Shown: one piece after another, positions 37,792 through 49,883 of the stretch
Numbering within the stretch: position 1 is the first letter of the stretch
Layout: each line of letters begins with the position of its first letter
Origin: Octopus sinensis
Lineage: Eukaryota
Assembly (NCBI RefSeq): GCF_006345805.1
Contig: NC_043000.1
Span: 1,178,001 to 1,242,000 of the forward strand
Reading direction: 5' to 3'
Length of the DNA: 64,000 bases
Notes under the pieces: generated by a model
The model's database searches: none
The model's input: the letters and a program-made list of their open reading frames with translations, nothing else
What the model was told of the DNA's origin: nothing
Translations under genes and position numbers: made by a program

Positions 37792-38349
37792 GTTGTCCGG
37801 AAAGTTCGTGCCGATTTATAGTAGCTTACCTTTCGACTTAGTTTAGAACATGGTTGAGTCCATAAAATAAGGATTTGACTACACCCCCATTTAGAGCACA
37901 GTTTAAGCTATCTTTTCGTGGAAGAAGGTTTATGTTCCTATAACTTCTGTTAATTCTCTAACCCTTTAAAATGGAAGATAAGAAAGTTCATTTTCGGCAC
38001 TTGATGCTTTGGGAGCCAGACAAAAATTGCCGCAGCTCGGCTGGGATGTGTTGCCCTACCCTCCATATTCACCAGATATTGCTCCTTCGGATTTCCACTT
38101 ATTCAGGCCTCTGCAGAATAGTCTAAATGGTAAAAATTTCAATTCCTTGGATGACGTAAAAAGATACCTTGATGAATTCTTTGTCATGAAACCACCTCGA
38201 TTCGGGGAAGAGGGTATTTTCAAATTAAGGGAAAGATGGAGACACATTATGCAACAAAATGGTTCATATTTGGTTGATTAAAAATGTAATGGCAGATATT
38301 TATTGACCTTTTTCTTTCTTTAAAAATCGGCACGAACTTTCCAGACAAC

Positions 38350-38352
<3 letters not shown>
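37788..38352 (+). mobile_element. Internally deleted mariner element
   Basis: TIR pair ttgggttgtccggaaagttcgtgccgattt / aaatcggcacgaactttccagacaaccca in a TA run; transposase start MEDKKVHFRHLMLW abuts the C-terminal YPPYSPDIAPSDFHLF (DD34D-type) block. Confidence 0.92.
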
Positions 38353-38396
<44 letters not shown>

Positions 38397-38860
38397 ATAT
38401 ATTGATGTATAGCTATGCTGCATATTACGTATCATACACATCCGAGGGGAGCGCTGAAAAGTTCTGGTCTTCGGGTAAAAGACAGGCTTTTTAACCGCGT
38501 TTCTGCAGTAATTCATATGGTTGTACTCCACAACTTTAACCGTCTAAATTAGAAGCATTAATCTGACAAGCTCAGGTTCCTAATATTAGCGGCCTGTATA
38601 TCAATCCACTTAGTATCAAGATAGATATATATATGTATGGACGAGCTGGCAGAACTATTAGCTCGCCAGGCAAAATGCTTAATATTATTCTGTCAATCTT
38701 TACGTTCTGAGTTCAAATTCCGCTGAGGTCGAATATTCCTATTCATTTTTTCCAGTTGAGGATTTGGAGGTCAATGTAATCGGAATACCACCTCCCTCAA
38801 AATTACTGACCTCGAGCCAAAATCATATATATTATATATATATACACATCGTGTATATAG

Positions 38861-38897
<37 letters not shown>

Positions 38898-38966
38898 AAC
38901 AGAATTCACCAAAAAACAAAAGATGAAGACAGGTGGTGTAGTTTAACGCTCGGGAAGTGAAATTGT

Positions 38967-39002
38967 CTTTAACGTTTCGAGCTTACGCTCTTCCACAGAA
39001 AG
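38967..39002 (-). ncRNA. Hammerhead-like motif, variant core (CUGUGGA)
   Basis: Minus strand: cttt CTGTGGA a gagc gtaa gctc GAAA cgtt aaag; same repeat family as the 25.8 kb copy. Confidence 0.4.
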
Positions 39003-39881
39003 AAACATAGAAAGAAACAAGGAAAGAATATCAAGAATGTGTAGTGGCTAGCGATATTTCATGGCGAATGCCGGACAGATGGGTCACCCGGGAGAGCTAG
39101 GAAGAAGGAGAGATAATAAAGTAGTGGTGATTCCAAAATGAACGTCTGCGTGCGTGTGTATAAGAGAGCAGGTATGTACGTGTGGAAGAGGGCTGGTGAT
39201 CTTGACGTGTGCGTGTGTGGATGTATAGGTGTGTGGATGTATAGGTGTGTGGATGTGGGGCTGGGAAGTGGTCAGTGCAAGTGCGTGGTGGTGTGATGTG
39301 GTGTTGTGTGGCATGGTGGTGTATGGTGTAGTGGTGTGTGGTGAGATGGTGTTGAGATGTGGGGGAGGCGAGAGTGGGGAAAGCAAGGGTGACGTGCACA
39401 TAATTCTGTTTCTTACAAAAGAGATAATTTGGTTAAAAATTACTTCTACGCGGAAATCTGACAAAGACACTTGATTCGCTTTATTAAACAACAAAGAACA
39501 ACAGTCGGTTAAATCTAATCCAATTCTGACAGAACGCCTACGAAATTTTTGATTTTATCTCGTAAACATTTTCTTTGAAAAAGAATACGATTTATGTTTA
39601 TTTATAACCAAAATTTAATAAAGTTTCTAACATAATTTTCTTGTAATGTTTTAAGATCTTGTTTTAATCTATCAATAAACATTTCCAATAAAGTTATCAG
39701 ATTTTACCATTTCCCCTGAATTGCTAAAAATAAAAAGAAAAAAACCTTCTTTTTAGAATTGAAAATTCTATATTACATTACTGATTCAAAGTCCAGCTAT
39801 GGATTTTATTAAATAGGTGTAACGCCTGGAAACTATCCATGACAAAGCAAGAGTTTCTATTTTAGGATCACGCAAAGAAAT

Positions 39882-40238
39882 ATCTCTGTATATATAAACA
39901 GCAAAATGTCTGCGTGTGTGTCCTTTATACAAATTCAGTTAGAGGGCTCGCACCTTCTATGGTCATTCAAAACCGTCCAAGGGTGGTCGTGCACATCTTT
40001 ACATTTCCCCAGTCACCCCGCAAAGCCATTAAAAAATCGATAGAAGCGACATTTTTGTGAATTTTCTATCCAAAACCCAATCAAAATGCCCAAAACTTGA
40101 TACGCCAATTAAATGCCAGCTAGCTGTATGTGATTGGTCGGAGATGTGGACAGTACTCGCGTGTATGTGCGCACGCACGCAGCTGTATATGCATGCACTA
40201 GCACTATGACCCGGCGTTGCCGAGTCATAGTGATAGTC
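39882..40238 (-). mobile_element. HINE-like element with palindromic terminus
   Basis: atctctgtatatataaac at one end; the near-perfect palindrome actagcactatgacccggcgttgccgagtcatagtgatagt at the other. Confidence 0.65.
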
Positions 40239-40339
40239 TTAAATAATTTAGGAAAATAAACAGTGACATTAAGTTAGTATTTTACCAAGTATTCGTAAAA
40301 AAGTATCTTCTGTGTAACATTTGTGGTATGTTTTATTAT

Positions 40340-40553
40340 TTACCCGTTTCAGTCATTAGATTGTGGCCATGCTGGGGCATCGCCTCAAAGAATTTTTAGT
40401 CGAATAAATCGCCCCCAGTACTTTTTTTTTTCTGTATCTGGTACTTATTCTACCTATGACCTTTACCTGGCCGCTAGGTTACGGGGACGTGAACATACCA
40501 ACACCGATCGTTAAGCGGTTGTGTAGGACAAACACACACCTACACGTACGTGC

Positions 40554-40600
<47 letters not shown>

Positions 40601-41558
40601 TGTGTGTGTGTGTACGACGGTCTTTTTTCAGTTTCCGCCTAACAAGTCCACTTACGAGGCTTTAGTCGGCCCGAAGCTTTAGTAGAAGACACCTGCCTAA
40701 GGTGCCGCACAGTGGCACAAACCCAGAACCACGTGATTGGGAAGCAATCTCCTTACCATACAGCCACGCCTGCAGCTGATACTATGACATTTTTTGTTAA
40801 GGTTATTTCTACAGGCGTAGGAGTGGCTGTGTGGTAAGTAGCTTGCTTACCAACCAAATGGTTCCAGGTTCAGTCCCACTGCGTGGCACCTTGGGCAAGT
40901 GTCTTCTACTATAGCCTCGGGCCGACCAAAGCCTTGTGAATGGATTTGGTAGACCGTTAGAATAAGTAATCCACTAGCTTAACACCACTATATGAGGTGG
41001 CTATATAAGCAATGTGTTCGGAGGCGAGAATGGGTTAGATGAGCGCTGATGAAGGGGAAAAAATTCCCGAAATATGGCATATACACTCATTAACCATTTT
41101 TGTCTTCGATATTATTGTTTGTTTACACCTGACTTCTCGATATGAAACATTACTCTTTTTTTCTTTTACTTGTTTCAGTCATTTGACTGCGGCCATGCTG
41201 GAGCACCGCCTTTAGTCGAGCAAATCGACCCCGGGACTTATTCTTTGTAAGCCCAGTACTTATTCTATCGGTCTCTTTTGCCGAACCGCTAAGTTACGGG
41301 GACGTAAACACACCAGCATCGGTTGTCAAGCAATGCTAGGGGGACAAACACAGACACACAAACACACACATACATATACATATATATACATATATACGAC
41401 AGGCTTCTTTCAGTTTCCGTCTACCAAATCCACTCACAAGGCTTTGGTCGGCCCGAGGCTATAGTAGAAGACATTTGCCCAAGGTGCCACGCAGTGGGAC
41501 TGAACCCGGAACCATGCGGTTGGTAAACAAGTTACTTACCACACAGCCACTCCTCCGC
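40340..41558. mobile_element. Cluster of SINE A copies (40340-40777 minus, 40814-40953 plus head, 41155-41558 minus)
   Basis: Family-A head and body motifs. Confidence 0.85.
41039..41090 (+). ncRNA. Type I hammerhead ribozyme (family HH1), best-formed copy
   Basis: atgagcg CTGATGA a gggga aaaaa ttccc GAAA tatg g cata TA cactcat. Stem I 6/7 bp, stem II 5 bp, palindromic stem III 5 bp; predicted cleavage after A41083. Confidence 0.7.
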
Positions 41559-41703
41559 TATTGTAACAAAAAAACTAGTAGTGTTGGCTATAATTTCTAT
41601 AGAATATCTGCAGAAATAAGCTTAAAATGTAAAAAGCTCTACTAACGCAGTAGAACCTGGTATTGACTTATAAAAACATTTAATATACTGTATAGTATAT
41701 TAT

Positions 41704-42005
41704 GGAGGCACATGGCCTAATGGTTAGAGCAGCGGACTCGCAGTCGAGGGATCGCGGGTTCGAATCTCAGACTGGGTGATGTGTGTGTTTATGAGCGAAA
41801 CACCTAAGCTCGACGCGGCTCCGGCAGAATGTAATGGCGAACTTCTGCTGACTCTTTCGCCACAACTTTCTCTCACTCCTTCCTCCTGCATCTTGCAGCT
41901 CACCTGCGACGGACCAGCGTCCCGTCCAGGTGGGGGAATCTATACGCCAAGGAAACCGGGAGACCGGCCCTTATGGGCCAGGCATAGTTCGAGAAGGAAC
42001 AAACA
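41704..42005 (+). mobile_element. SINE C-like body + tail T2
   Basis: tRNA head, gagcgaaacacctaagctc body, T2 tail as in 29373. Confidence 0.8.
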
Positions 42006-42044
42006 ACAGTATATTATGGTTGCGTAACGAAATATTACGTGCCT

Positions 42045-42183
42045 ACAAATCATTAGACTATGACAAATCATTAGACTATGACATAGTCAAATCATTAGAC
42101 TATGACAATCATTAGACTATGACAAATCATTAGACTATGACATAGTCAAATCATTAGACTATGACAATCATTAGACTATGACA
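42045..42183. repeat. Minisatellite: 17-18-bp subunits in a 59-bp higher-order repeat
   Basis: aatcattagactatgac units; the gactatgacatagtc palindrome recurs at 42074 and 42133. Confidence 0.9.
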
Positions 42184-42780
42184 GTTAATTAACAATGCAG
42201 AATATATTGACGGGGAAAATATTTCCACATCAAGAGTTTTCGGAACAACTGCCCATAGTTATTGTTCTTCTCTTTGATTTTCACATCAGCTGGACAACTG
42301 ACCTCTATGACAAAAGTATCGACCATCATGTATGTGTGGTGGCTTTTTAATGTAGAATAAATTTTCATAGCTACCTGTTTGAAATCAATGCTGTGAAGCT
42401 TCTTGTTTTGTTCGTCACACCTTAAATCGTAAGAAGGCCCTAAAAATTTTTATAGTCACAAATATCGCGATCATTTCTAGCGTATGAATTAAAGATTTAC
42501 GTTCTTTCCCCAAGTACCCCCAAGTTAAGCCATACTTTGCTCCAGACGGGTCGATACGTATCCTGTAGCACAAGGACTTAAATTTGGGGACAAGGGACTA
42601 GTTGATTACATCGACCCCAATGTTTCACTTGTACTTAATTTATCGACCCAGAAAGGATGAAAGGCAAAGTCAACCTCTGGCGGAATTTGAACTGATTACG
42701 TAGCGATGGGAGAAATACTTCTAAATGTGTTGCGCGGCACGCTAATGATTCTGCCAGCTCGCCGCCTTCCTATTCTATAA

Positions 42781-43163
42781 TGGAAGCACTCCGTCGGTTA
42801 CGACGACGAGGGTTCCGGTTGATCCGAATCAACGGAACAGCCTGCTCGTGAAATTAACGTGTAAGTGGCTGAGCACTCCACAGACACGTGTACCCTTTAC
42901 GTAGTTCTCGGGGATATTCAGCGTGACACAGAGAGTGACAAGGCCGGCCCTTTGAAATACAGGTACAACAGAAACAGGAAGTAAGAGTGAGAGAAAGTTG
43001 TGGTGAAAGAGTACAGCAGGGATCACCACCCTCCCCTGCCGGAGCCTCGTGGAGCTTTTAGGTGTTTTCGCTCAATAAACACTCACAACGCCCGGTCTGG
43101 GAATCGAAACCGTGATCCTATGACCGCGAGTCCGCTGCCCTAACCACTGGGCCATTGCGCCTC
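42781..43163 (-). mobile_element. SINE C body + tail T1
   Basis: Reverse complement of 22497-22880. Confidence 0.92.
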
Positions 43164-43477
43164 TTGTTCTCTAATAATAATAATAGGTATGAAGTTGGCA
43201 GTCTATCTTGGGTAGTAGATTTACAAGCTCCTTATCAATGGTCCACAGATGTCCTCTTTCGTATTTTCCTAACCACGTGTATGTATCTATGCATGAATGT
43301 GACAAGGTTCTTTCAGTTTCAGTCAAGCAAATCCATTCACAGGACTTTGATCAGCTCGAAACCGTAGTAGAAGACAATTGCTCAATGTAGCGCGCAGTGG
43401 GATTGAACTTGGAATCAAATAGTTTCAAAGCAATCTTCTTTACCATAGAAACCACATCAGCGCCTGTTAATAATAAT

Positions 43478-43696
43478 CTTTTACTTGTTTTAGTCATTTG
43501 ACTGCGGCCATGTTGGAGCACCGCCTTTAGTTGAACAAATCGACCCCAGGACTTATTCTTTGGAAGCCTAGTACTTATTCTATCGGTCTCTTTTGCCGAA
43601 CCGTTAAGTTACGGGGACGTAAACACACAAGCATCGGTTGTCAAGCGATGTTGGGGGACAAACACAGACACACAAACATACACACACACATACATG

Positions 43697-43727
<31 letters not shown>

Positions 43728-45100
43728 ATACATATATACGACGAGCTTCTTTCAGTTTTCGTCTACCAAATCCACTCACAAGGCTTTGGTCGGCCCAAGG
43801 CTATAGTAGAAGACACTTGTCCAAGGTGCCATGCAGTGGGAATGAACCCGGAACCATTTGGTTGGTAAGCAAGCTACTTACCACACAGCCACTCCTGCGC
43901 CAGTATATACTCCAGTATTTTCATATATTTTCAATCCTGTTACTTATTCTATCGGGTACTTAAGCCGAACCGCTAAGTTACGGGGACGTAAATACACCAA
44001 CACCGGTTGGCAAGCGGTAGTAGGGGACACACACACACACACACACAAACACACGCACATATACACACTCTCGCACGTACACATATACAGGCACATACAT
44101 ACGCACGTACACACACACAAACACACATGCACACACACACACATATATTTATTCATATATGTATGTATATGAAGGGCAGGGCCGGCTCTCGAGTTGTCGG
44201 CGGCCCTCGAGCTGTCGGCGGCCCGGGCAAGCTAAATTTCGGCGCCCTTACAAGTATAATCTTTTAAAATCTTTCACAAAGCGAAAAACTGAAAATGTAG
44301 ACTAACAAGCACATGGCACCCCGGGCTTCTCTCAGTTTCCGTTTACCAATTCCCTCACAAGGCTTTGGTCGGCCCGAGGCTGGAGTAGAACCCAGAACCA
44401 TGTGGTTGGAAATCAACCTTGTTACCACACAGCCACGCCTGCACCTGTTAATAATAGTTTTTTTACTCTTTTACTTGTTTCAGTCATTTGACTGTGGCCA
44501 TGCTGGAGCACCGCCTTTAGTCGAGCAAATCGATCCCAGGACTTATTCTTTGTAAGCCTAATACTTATTCTATCGGTTTTCTTTTGCCGAACCGCTAAGT
44601 TGCGAGGACGTAAACACACAAGCATCGGTTGTCAAGCGATGTTGGCGGGGTGGACAAACACAGACACACAAGCATATACACACACACACACATACACATA
44701 CACTTTTACTCTTTTACTTGTTTCAGTCATTTGACTGTGGCCATGCTGGAGCACCGCCTTTAGTCGAGCATATTGGCCCCAGGACTTATTCTTTGTAAGC
44801 CTAGTACTTTCTTTTGCCGAACCGCTAAGTTACGGGTACGTAAACACACCAGCATCGGTTGTCAAGCGATGTTGGGCGGGGGGACGAACACAGACACACA
44901 AGCATATACACACACGCATACATATATATACATATATACGTCGGGATTCTTTCAGTTTCCGTCTACCAAATCTACTCACAAGGCATTGGTCGGCCTGAGG
45001 CTATAGTAGAAGACACTTGCCCAAGGTGTCACGCAGTGGGACTGAACCCGGAACCATGTGGTTGGTAAGCAAGCTACTTACCACACAGCCACTCCTGCGC
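43478..45100 (-). mobile_element. Dense cluster of SINE A copies and fragments
   Basis: Full copies at ~43478-43900 and ~44705-45100; partial copies between them. Confidence 0.85.
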
Positions 45101-45725
45101 CTGAAGCCACAATTTCGGTTGAGAGGGTAAGTCAATTACATCGACCCCAGTGCTCAACTGGTAAAGATTCTACTATAACTTGCCCAAGGTGTCACGCAGT
45201 GGGACTGAACCCGGAACCATGTGGTTCGTAAGCAAGCTACTTACCACACAGCCACTCCTGCGCCTGAAGCCACAATTTCGGTTGAGAGGGTAAGTCAATT
45301 ACATCGACCCCAGTGCTCAACTGGTAAAGATTCTACTATAACTTGCCCAAGGTGTCACGCAGTGGGACTGAACCCGGAACCATGTGGTTGTAGCAAGCTA
45401 CTTACCACACAGCCACTCCTGCGCCTGAGCCACAATTTCGGTTGAGAGGGTAAGTCAATTACATCGACCCCAGTGCTCAACTGGTAAAGATTCTACTATA
45501 ACTTGCCCAAGGTGTCACGCAGTGGGACTGAACCCGGAACCATGTGGTGGTAAGCAAGCTACTTACCACACAGCCACTCCTGCGCCTGAAGCCACAATTT
45601 CGGTTGAGAAGGTAAGTCAATTACATCGACCCCAGTGCTCAACTGGTAAAGATTCTACTATAACTTGCCCAAGGTGTCACACAGTGGGACTGAACCCGGA
45701 ACCATGTGGTTCGTAAGCAAGCTAC
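45015..45725. repeat. ~162-bp tandem duplication (~4.4 copies) of SINE A head + flank + SINE B-like piece
   Basis: acttgcccaaggtgtcac recurs at 45015, 45178, 45341, 45501 and 45663. Confidence 0.93.
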
Positions 45726-45945
45726 TTTATTTCATGAAAGATTTGCCATTAAGGCGTTACATAGAGGGGACATACAAATACAGACAAACGTATAGGGTGT
45801 AGTAGCTTAAAACGTTGGTGATTACAATAAAATATATATGATATTTACAATAAAAAGTTTTTAAAATTTGGTATTATACAGTAGGGCCCGGATCCCAGCC
45901 ATCTGAGTAGAACCTTTACTTTTTGATCCGGCCACACTTTAAAAA

Positions 45946-46265
45946 GACTCCGCCGGTTACGACGACGAGGGTCCCAGCTGATACGATCAACGGAACAGCT
46001 TGCTCGTGAAATTAACGTGCAAATGGCTGAGCATTCCACAGACACGTGTACCCTTAACGTAGTTCTCGGGGATAATCAGCGTGACACAGAGAGTGACAAG
46101 GCTGACCCTTTGAAATACAAATACAACTCATTTTTGCCAGCTGAGTGGACTGGAGCAACGTGAAATAAAGTGTCTTGCTCAAGGACACAACGCGTCGCCG
46201 GGAATCGAACTCACAACCTTACGATCATGAGCCGAATGCCCTAACCACTAAGCCACGCGCCCTCA
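45946..46265 (-). mobile_element. SINE D body + tail T1
   Basis: The T1 tail of the C family joined to the D body and tRNA head. Confidence 0.85.
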
Positions 46266-46700
46266 CCGGCCACACTTACCACACAGCCACTCCTGCGCCT
46301 AATAGAGTTAATTTTGTTTTTTAAACAAATAAAACCTGGAATTTTTACCGTTGCTTATTGCTTTCTATCAGATATCTTATCTCTCAACCTGTTTAATGCA
46401 GCACATCTATTTAGTCATTCATTAATAAACGTTTTTTTTTTGCTCAGATAATGTTGTTCTGTTTCTTTTTCTTCTTTTTTTTTCTTTTTTTTTTAAATGA
46501 AAACTATGACATTTCAGTTGTTTTCTTTTGTCACGTGTCAAGTCACATGTCATGAAACGCTTCAAAAAAAAAAAAAACAAGCAGTAGTGACCTATTTCCT
46601 GTTACTAGATCCAACTGCTGTACGTCTTTTCTTATCACCTCCACGCAGAACCCGTTTGCTTTTCTCGCGCTAACTCTCCTTCAGTTTAATAACATTGACA

Positions 46701-47335
46701 TAGGCGCAGGAGTGGCTGTGTGGTAAGTAGCTTCCTTACCAACCACATGATTCCGGGTTCAGCCCCACTGCGTGGAACCTTGCTACTATATATTTGTTTA
46801 CTACCCACAAGGGGCTAAACATAGAGGGGGACAAACAAGGACAGACAAATGGATTGAGTCGATTACATCGACCCAGTGCGAAACTGGTACTTTATTTATT
46901 GACCCCGAGAGGATGAAAGGCAAAGTTGACCTCGGCGGAATTTGAACTCAGAACGTAACGACAGACGAAATGCGGCAACACATTTCGCCCGGCGCGCTGA
47001 CGTTTCTGCCAGCTCGCACCTTGCTACTATAGCCTCGGGCCGACCAGAGCCTTGTGAGTGGATTTGGTAGACGGAAACTGAAAGAAGCCCGTCGTATATA
47101 TGCATATATATGTATGCGTGTGTGTAAATGTTTGTGTGTCTGTGTTTGTCCCCCAGCAACCGATGCTGGTGTGTTTACGTCCCGGTAACTTAGCGGTTCG
47201 GCAAAAGAGACTGATAGAATAAGTACTGGGCTTACAAAGAATAAGTCCTGGGGGTCGACTCGCTCGACTAAAGGCGGTGCTCCAGCATGGCCGCAGTCAT
47301 ATGACTGAAACAAGTAAAAGAGAAAAAGAGTAAAG
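46701..47335 (+). mobile_element. SINE A interrupted by a minus-strand SINE B (46791-47017)
   Basis: 14-bp TSD accttgctactata at 46777-46790 and 47018-47031. Confidence 0.9.
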
Positions 47336-47559
47336 AGTGTGTGGTAAGAAATTTGCTTCCTAACCACATGGTTCTAGGTTCAGTCCCACTGCATGGCAAC
47401 TCGGGCAAGTCTTGTGAGTGGATTTGGTAGATGGAAACTGGAAGAAGCCCGTCGTAAATACACACACACACACACACACATATGTATATATTTGCGTGTA
47501 TGTATTTGAGTTTGTGGCCCTTGTTCATCGCTACGAACCGATGCTGGTGTGTTTATGTC

Positions 47560-47659
47560 NNNNNNNNNNNNNNNNNNNNNNNNNNNNNNNNNNNNNNNNN
47601 NNNNNNNNNNNNNNNNNNNNNNNNNNNNNNNNNNNNNNNNNNNNNNNNNNNNNNNNNNN
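47560..47659. other. Assembly gap (100 N)
   Basis: Seen directly; the round length suggests a scaffold placeholder. Confidence 0.99.
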
Positions 47660-47815
47660 TCCACTCGGATTGTACAAATACAAGTATATATAGACTGTGT
47701 AAGCATAAGCATGCTTCTACTGTTTACTGCTCACCTCTAGAGATCGATCTATACAAAGGGTCAACATAGAAATATATATACAGGGTGGCTCAAAAGTAGA
47801 TTTACAGGTATAGGA

Positions 47816-48438
47816 AAGACTTTCACCCGTCCCTCCCCCATTTTCTCACAAATTTGCTTATTAAAAAATTCTTTTTCCAAAAATCCCCGTTTTTGGGATA
47901 CGGTTGTTTCGGAAAATTGCCAAAAATCGGCATTGTGAAAATTTCACCCCTTTCCCCCAACTTCTTCAATTTTTACTTTTTCCGCAACAGTCACCCTAAA
48001 ACCCTAACCCTATCCCTAAAACCCTAACCCTAAAACCGTAGCCGTAACCCTAACCCTAGAACCCTAACCCTAAAACCGTAATCGTAAATACAGAAGTGTT
48101 TTGAAATTTTTGTCCGAATCCTGATGTCCGTATTTTTCCGCATATTTAGAAAAGAAAAAAATTCTTTAAAAAATATTTTACAAAGATTTTGGGAAATTTA
48201 TTTCAGAATCATAATCTGCATATTTTTCCACATATTTTTTAGGAAAAAAAAATTCTGGAAAAAGTTTAAAATGAAGGGAATGGGGGTGGGAGGTGGGGTG
48301 GTAATTTAGAAATGTCGATTTTTGCCAATTTTTTTTGCAGATTCGTATTCCCCGTAGCCGAAAAGTGGGATTTATGTCGAAAAAAAAGTTTTAAAAAAGG
48401 TAGTTTTTTTTGGTGTGTGTGTGGGGGGGGGGAGTCTT
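47816..48438. mobile_element. Foldback-like element with degenerate long inverted arms and internal CCCTAA-like array
   Basis: aaaattgccaaaaatcggcatt vs aatgtcgatttttgccaatttt; aaatccccgtttttgggatacgg vs ccgtagccgaaaaagtgggattt; telomere-like tract at 47993-48085. Confidence 0.6.
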
Positions 48439-48603
48439 GCCCAGTTATAATGTACGCACTTTAAATTTCTTTTAAAACATTTTATTACATTTAAATTTTA
48501 TTACATTTAAATCTTACAATTAACTAAATTAGCATAGGATAAAGTTTTCATATTTTTCTTTGTAATTAAGATCTAAACTGTGAATATATGAATGCGAAAG
48601 AAA

Positions 48604-48767
48604 TAGGCGCAGGAGTGGCTGTGTGGTAAGTAGCTTGCTAACCGACCACATGGTTCCGGGTTCAGTCCCACTGCGTGGCATCTTGGGCAAGTGTCTTCTG
48701 CTATAGCCCCGGGCCGACCAATGCCTTGTGAGTGGATTTGGTAGACGGAAACTGAAAGAAGCCCGTC

Positions 48768-48850
<83 letters not shown>

Positions 48851-49070
48851 TTGTTTGTGTGTCTTTGTTTGTCCCTCTAGCATTGCTTGACAACCGATGC
48901 TGGTGTGTTTACGTCACCGTTACTTAGCGGTTCGGCAAAAAGAGACCGATAGAATAAGTACTGGGCTTACAAAAGAATAAGTCCCGGGGTCGATTTGCTC
49001 GACTAAAGGCGGTGCTCCAGCATGGCCGCAGTCAAATGACTGAAACAAGTAAAGGAGTAAAAGAAGAAAG
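48604..49070 (+). mobile_element. SINE family A, full length
   Basis: Complete head, (TA)n centre and tail. Confidence 0.92.
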
Positions 49071-49208
49071 AGATAGTTGAATAACTGTAAACCTACTTTT
49101 GGACCACCCTGTACATGCATGCATATATGTATGTTTACGGGTGAGTGTCGTTCTGTATCTACTGGTGCCTTAGAGTGCGTGAATATATACATATATATAT
49201 ATATATAT

Positions 49209-49613
49209 ACTAGCAGTATCGCCCGGCGTTGCTCGGGTTTGTAAGGGAAATAACTATATAAGCATTTTTAGAGAGTTATAGCCAAAAAATAGCAAAAAAA
49301 TGCATTAAAAATGGAAAAAATATGATAGTAAATTTTTTTTTAAATCGTTGACTCATCGCAGACATTTTTAGAGAGTCACATCCCTTATATAATAACGAAA
49401 AAAAATGCATTAAAATGGAAAAAATGAAGGTAAATTATTTTTAAAATCGTAGACTCATCGTAGACGCGCGCTAATACCCAGAAGGGCTCGATATGAATCA
49501 TGACTATAAGATATCCGGTTTTGGTTAAACTGCACCGCAAAATGTGGGAGTAGTTAGGAATCTAAATCGTAGGAGACAGACACTCACACAACTTCACTTT
49601 TATATATATAGAT
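49209..49613 (+). mobile_element. HINE-like element, subfamily 4
   Basis: actagc start, ttttatatatatagat end; inserted in a TA run. Confidence 0.82.
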
Positions 49614-49619
49614 ATCACG

Positions 49620-49857
49620 TTACCGACCAGACCATCAGATGTTGTTACACATCGCTGGTCACAATGCGTTTGCATTGTTTAGCCTTCGAATGACGCCACC
49701 CCGCTGGCTAAGCGAGCAGGCCAACAGAAGAAGGAGTGGGAGAAAGAGTGGTGAAAGAGTACAGCAGGGATCCCCACCACCCCCTGCCGGAGCCTCGTGG
49801 AGCTTTTAGGTGTTTCCGCTCAATAAACACTCACAACGCCCGGTCTGGGAATCGAAA
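49620..49857 (-). mobile_element. SINE C body + tail T4 (head truncated)
   Basis: C body ctgccggagcctcgtggagcttttaggtg joined to the T4 tail. Confidence 0.82.
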
Positions 49858-49883
49858 TATATATATATATATATATAATATAT

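Larger units (their letters stand above)
47781..49111. mobile_element. Tc1/mariner MITE termini enclosing nested insertions
   Basis: TIRs cagggtggctcaaaagtagatttacag / ctgtaaacctacttttggaccaccctg, each flanked by TA. Confidence 0.75.

Noticed and set aside
17171-43029. Recurrent 66-67 aa ORF MVVIPAVLFHHNF... (17171, 19813, 27369, 42829) and recurrent MRNWYLIYRPRKDERQ... ORFs
   Set aside because: These are incidental frames inside near-identical SINE C and SINE B copies.
47482-47769. ORFs spanning the N run
   Set aside because: Artefacts of translating through the assembly gap.
47993-48085. True telomere or chromosome-fusion scar
   Set aside because: The CCCTAA tract is short, degenerate and enclosed in an inverted-repeat element.
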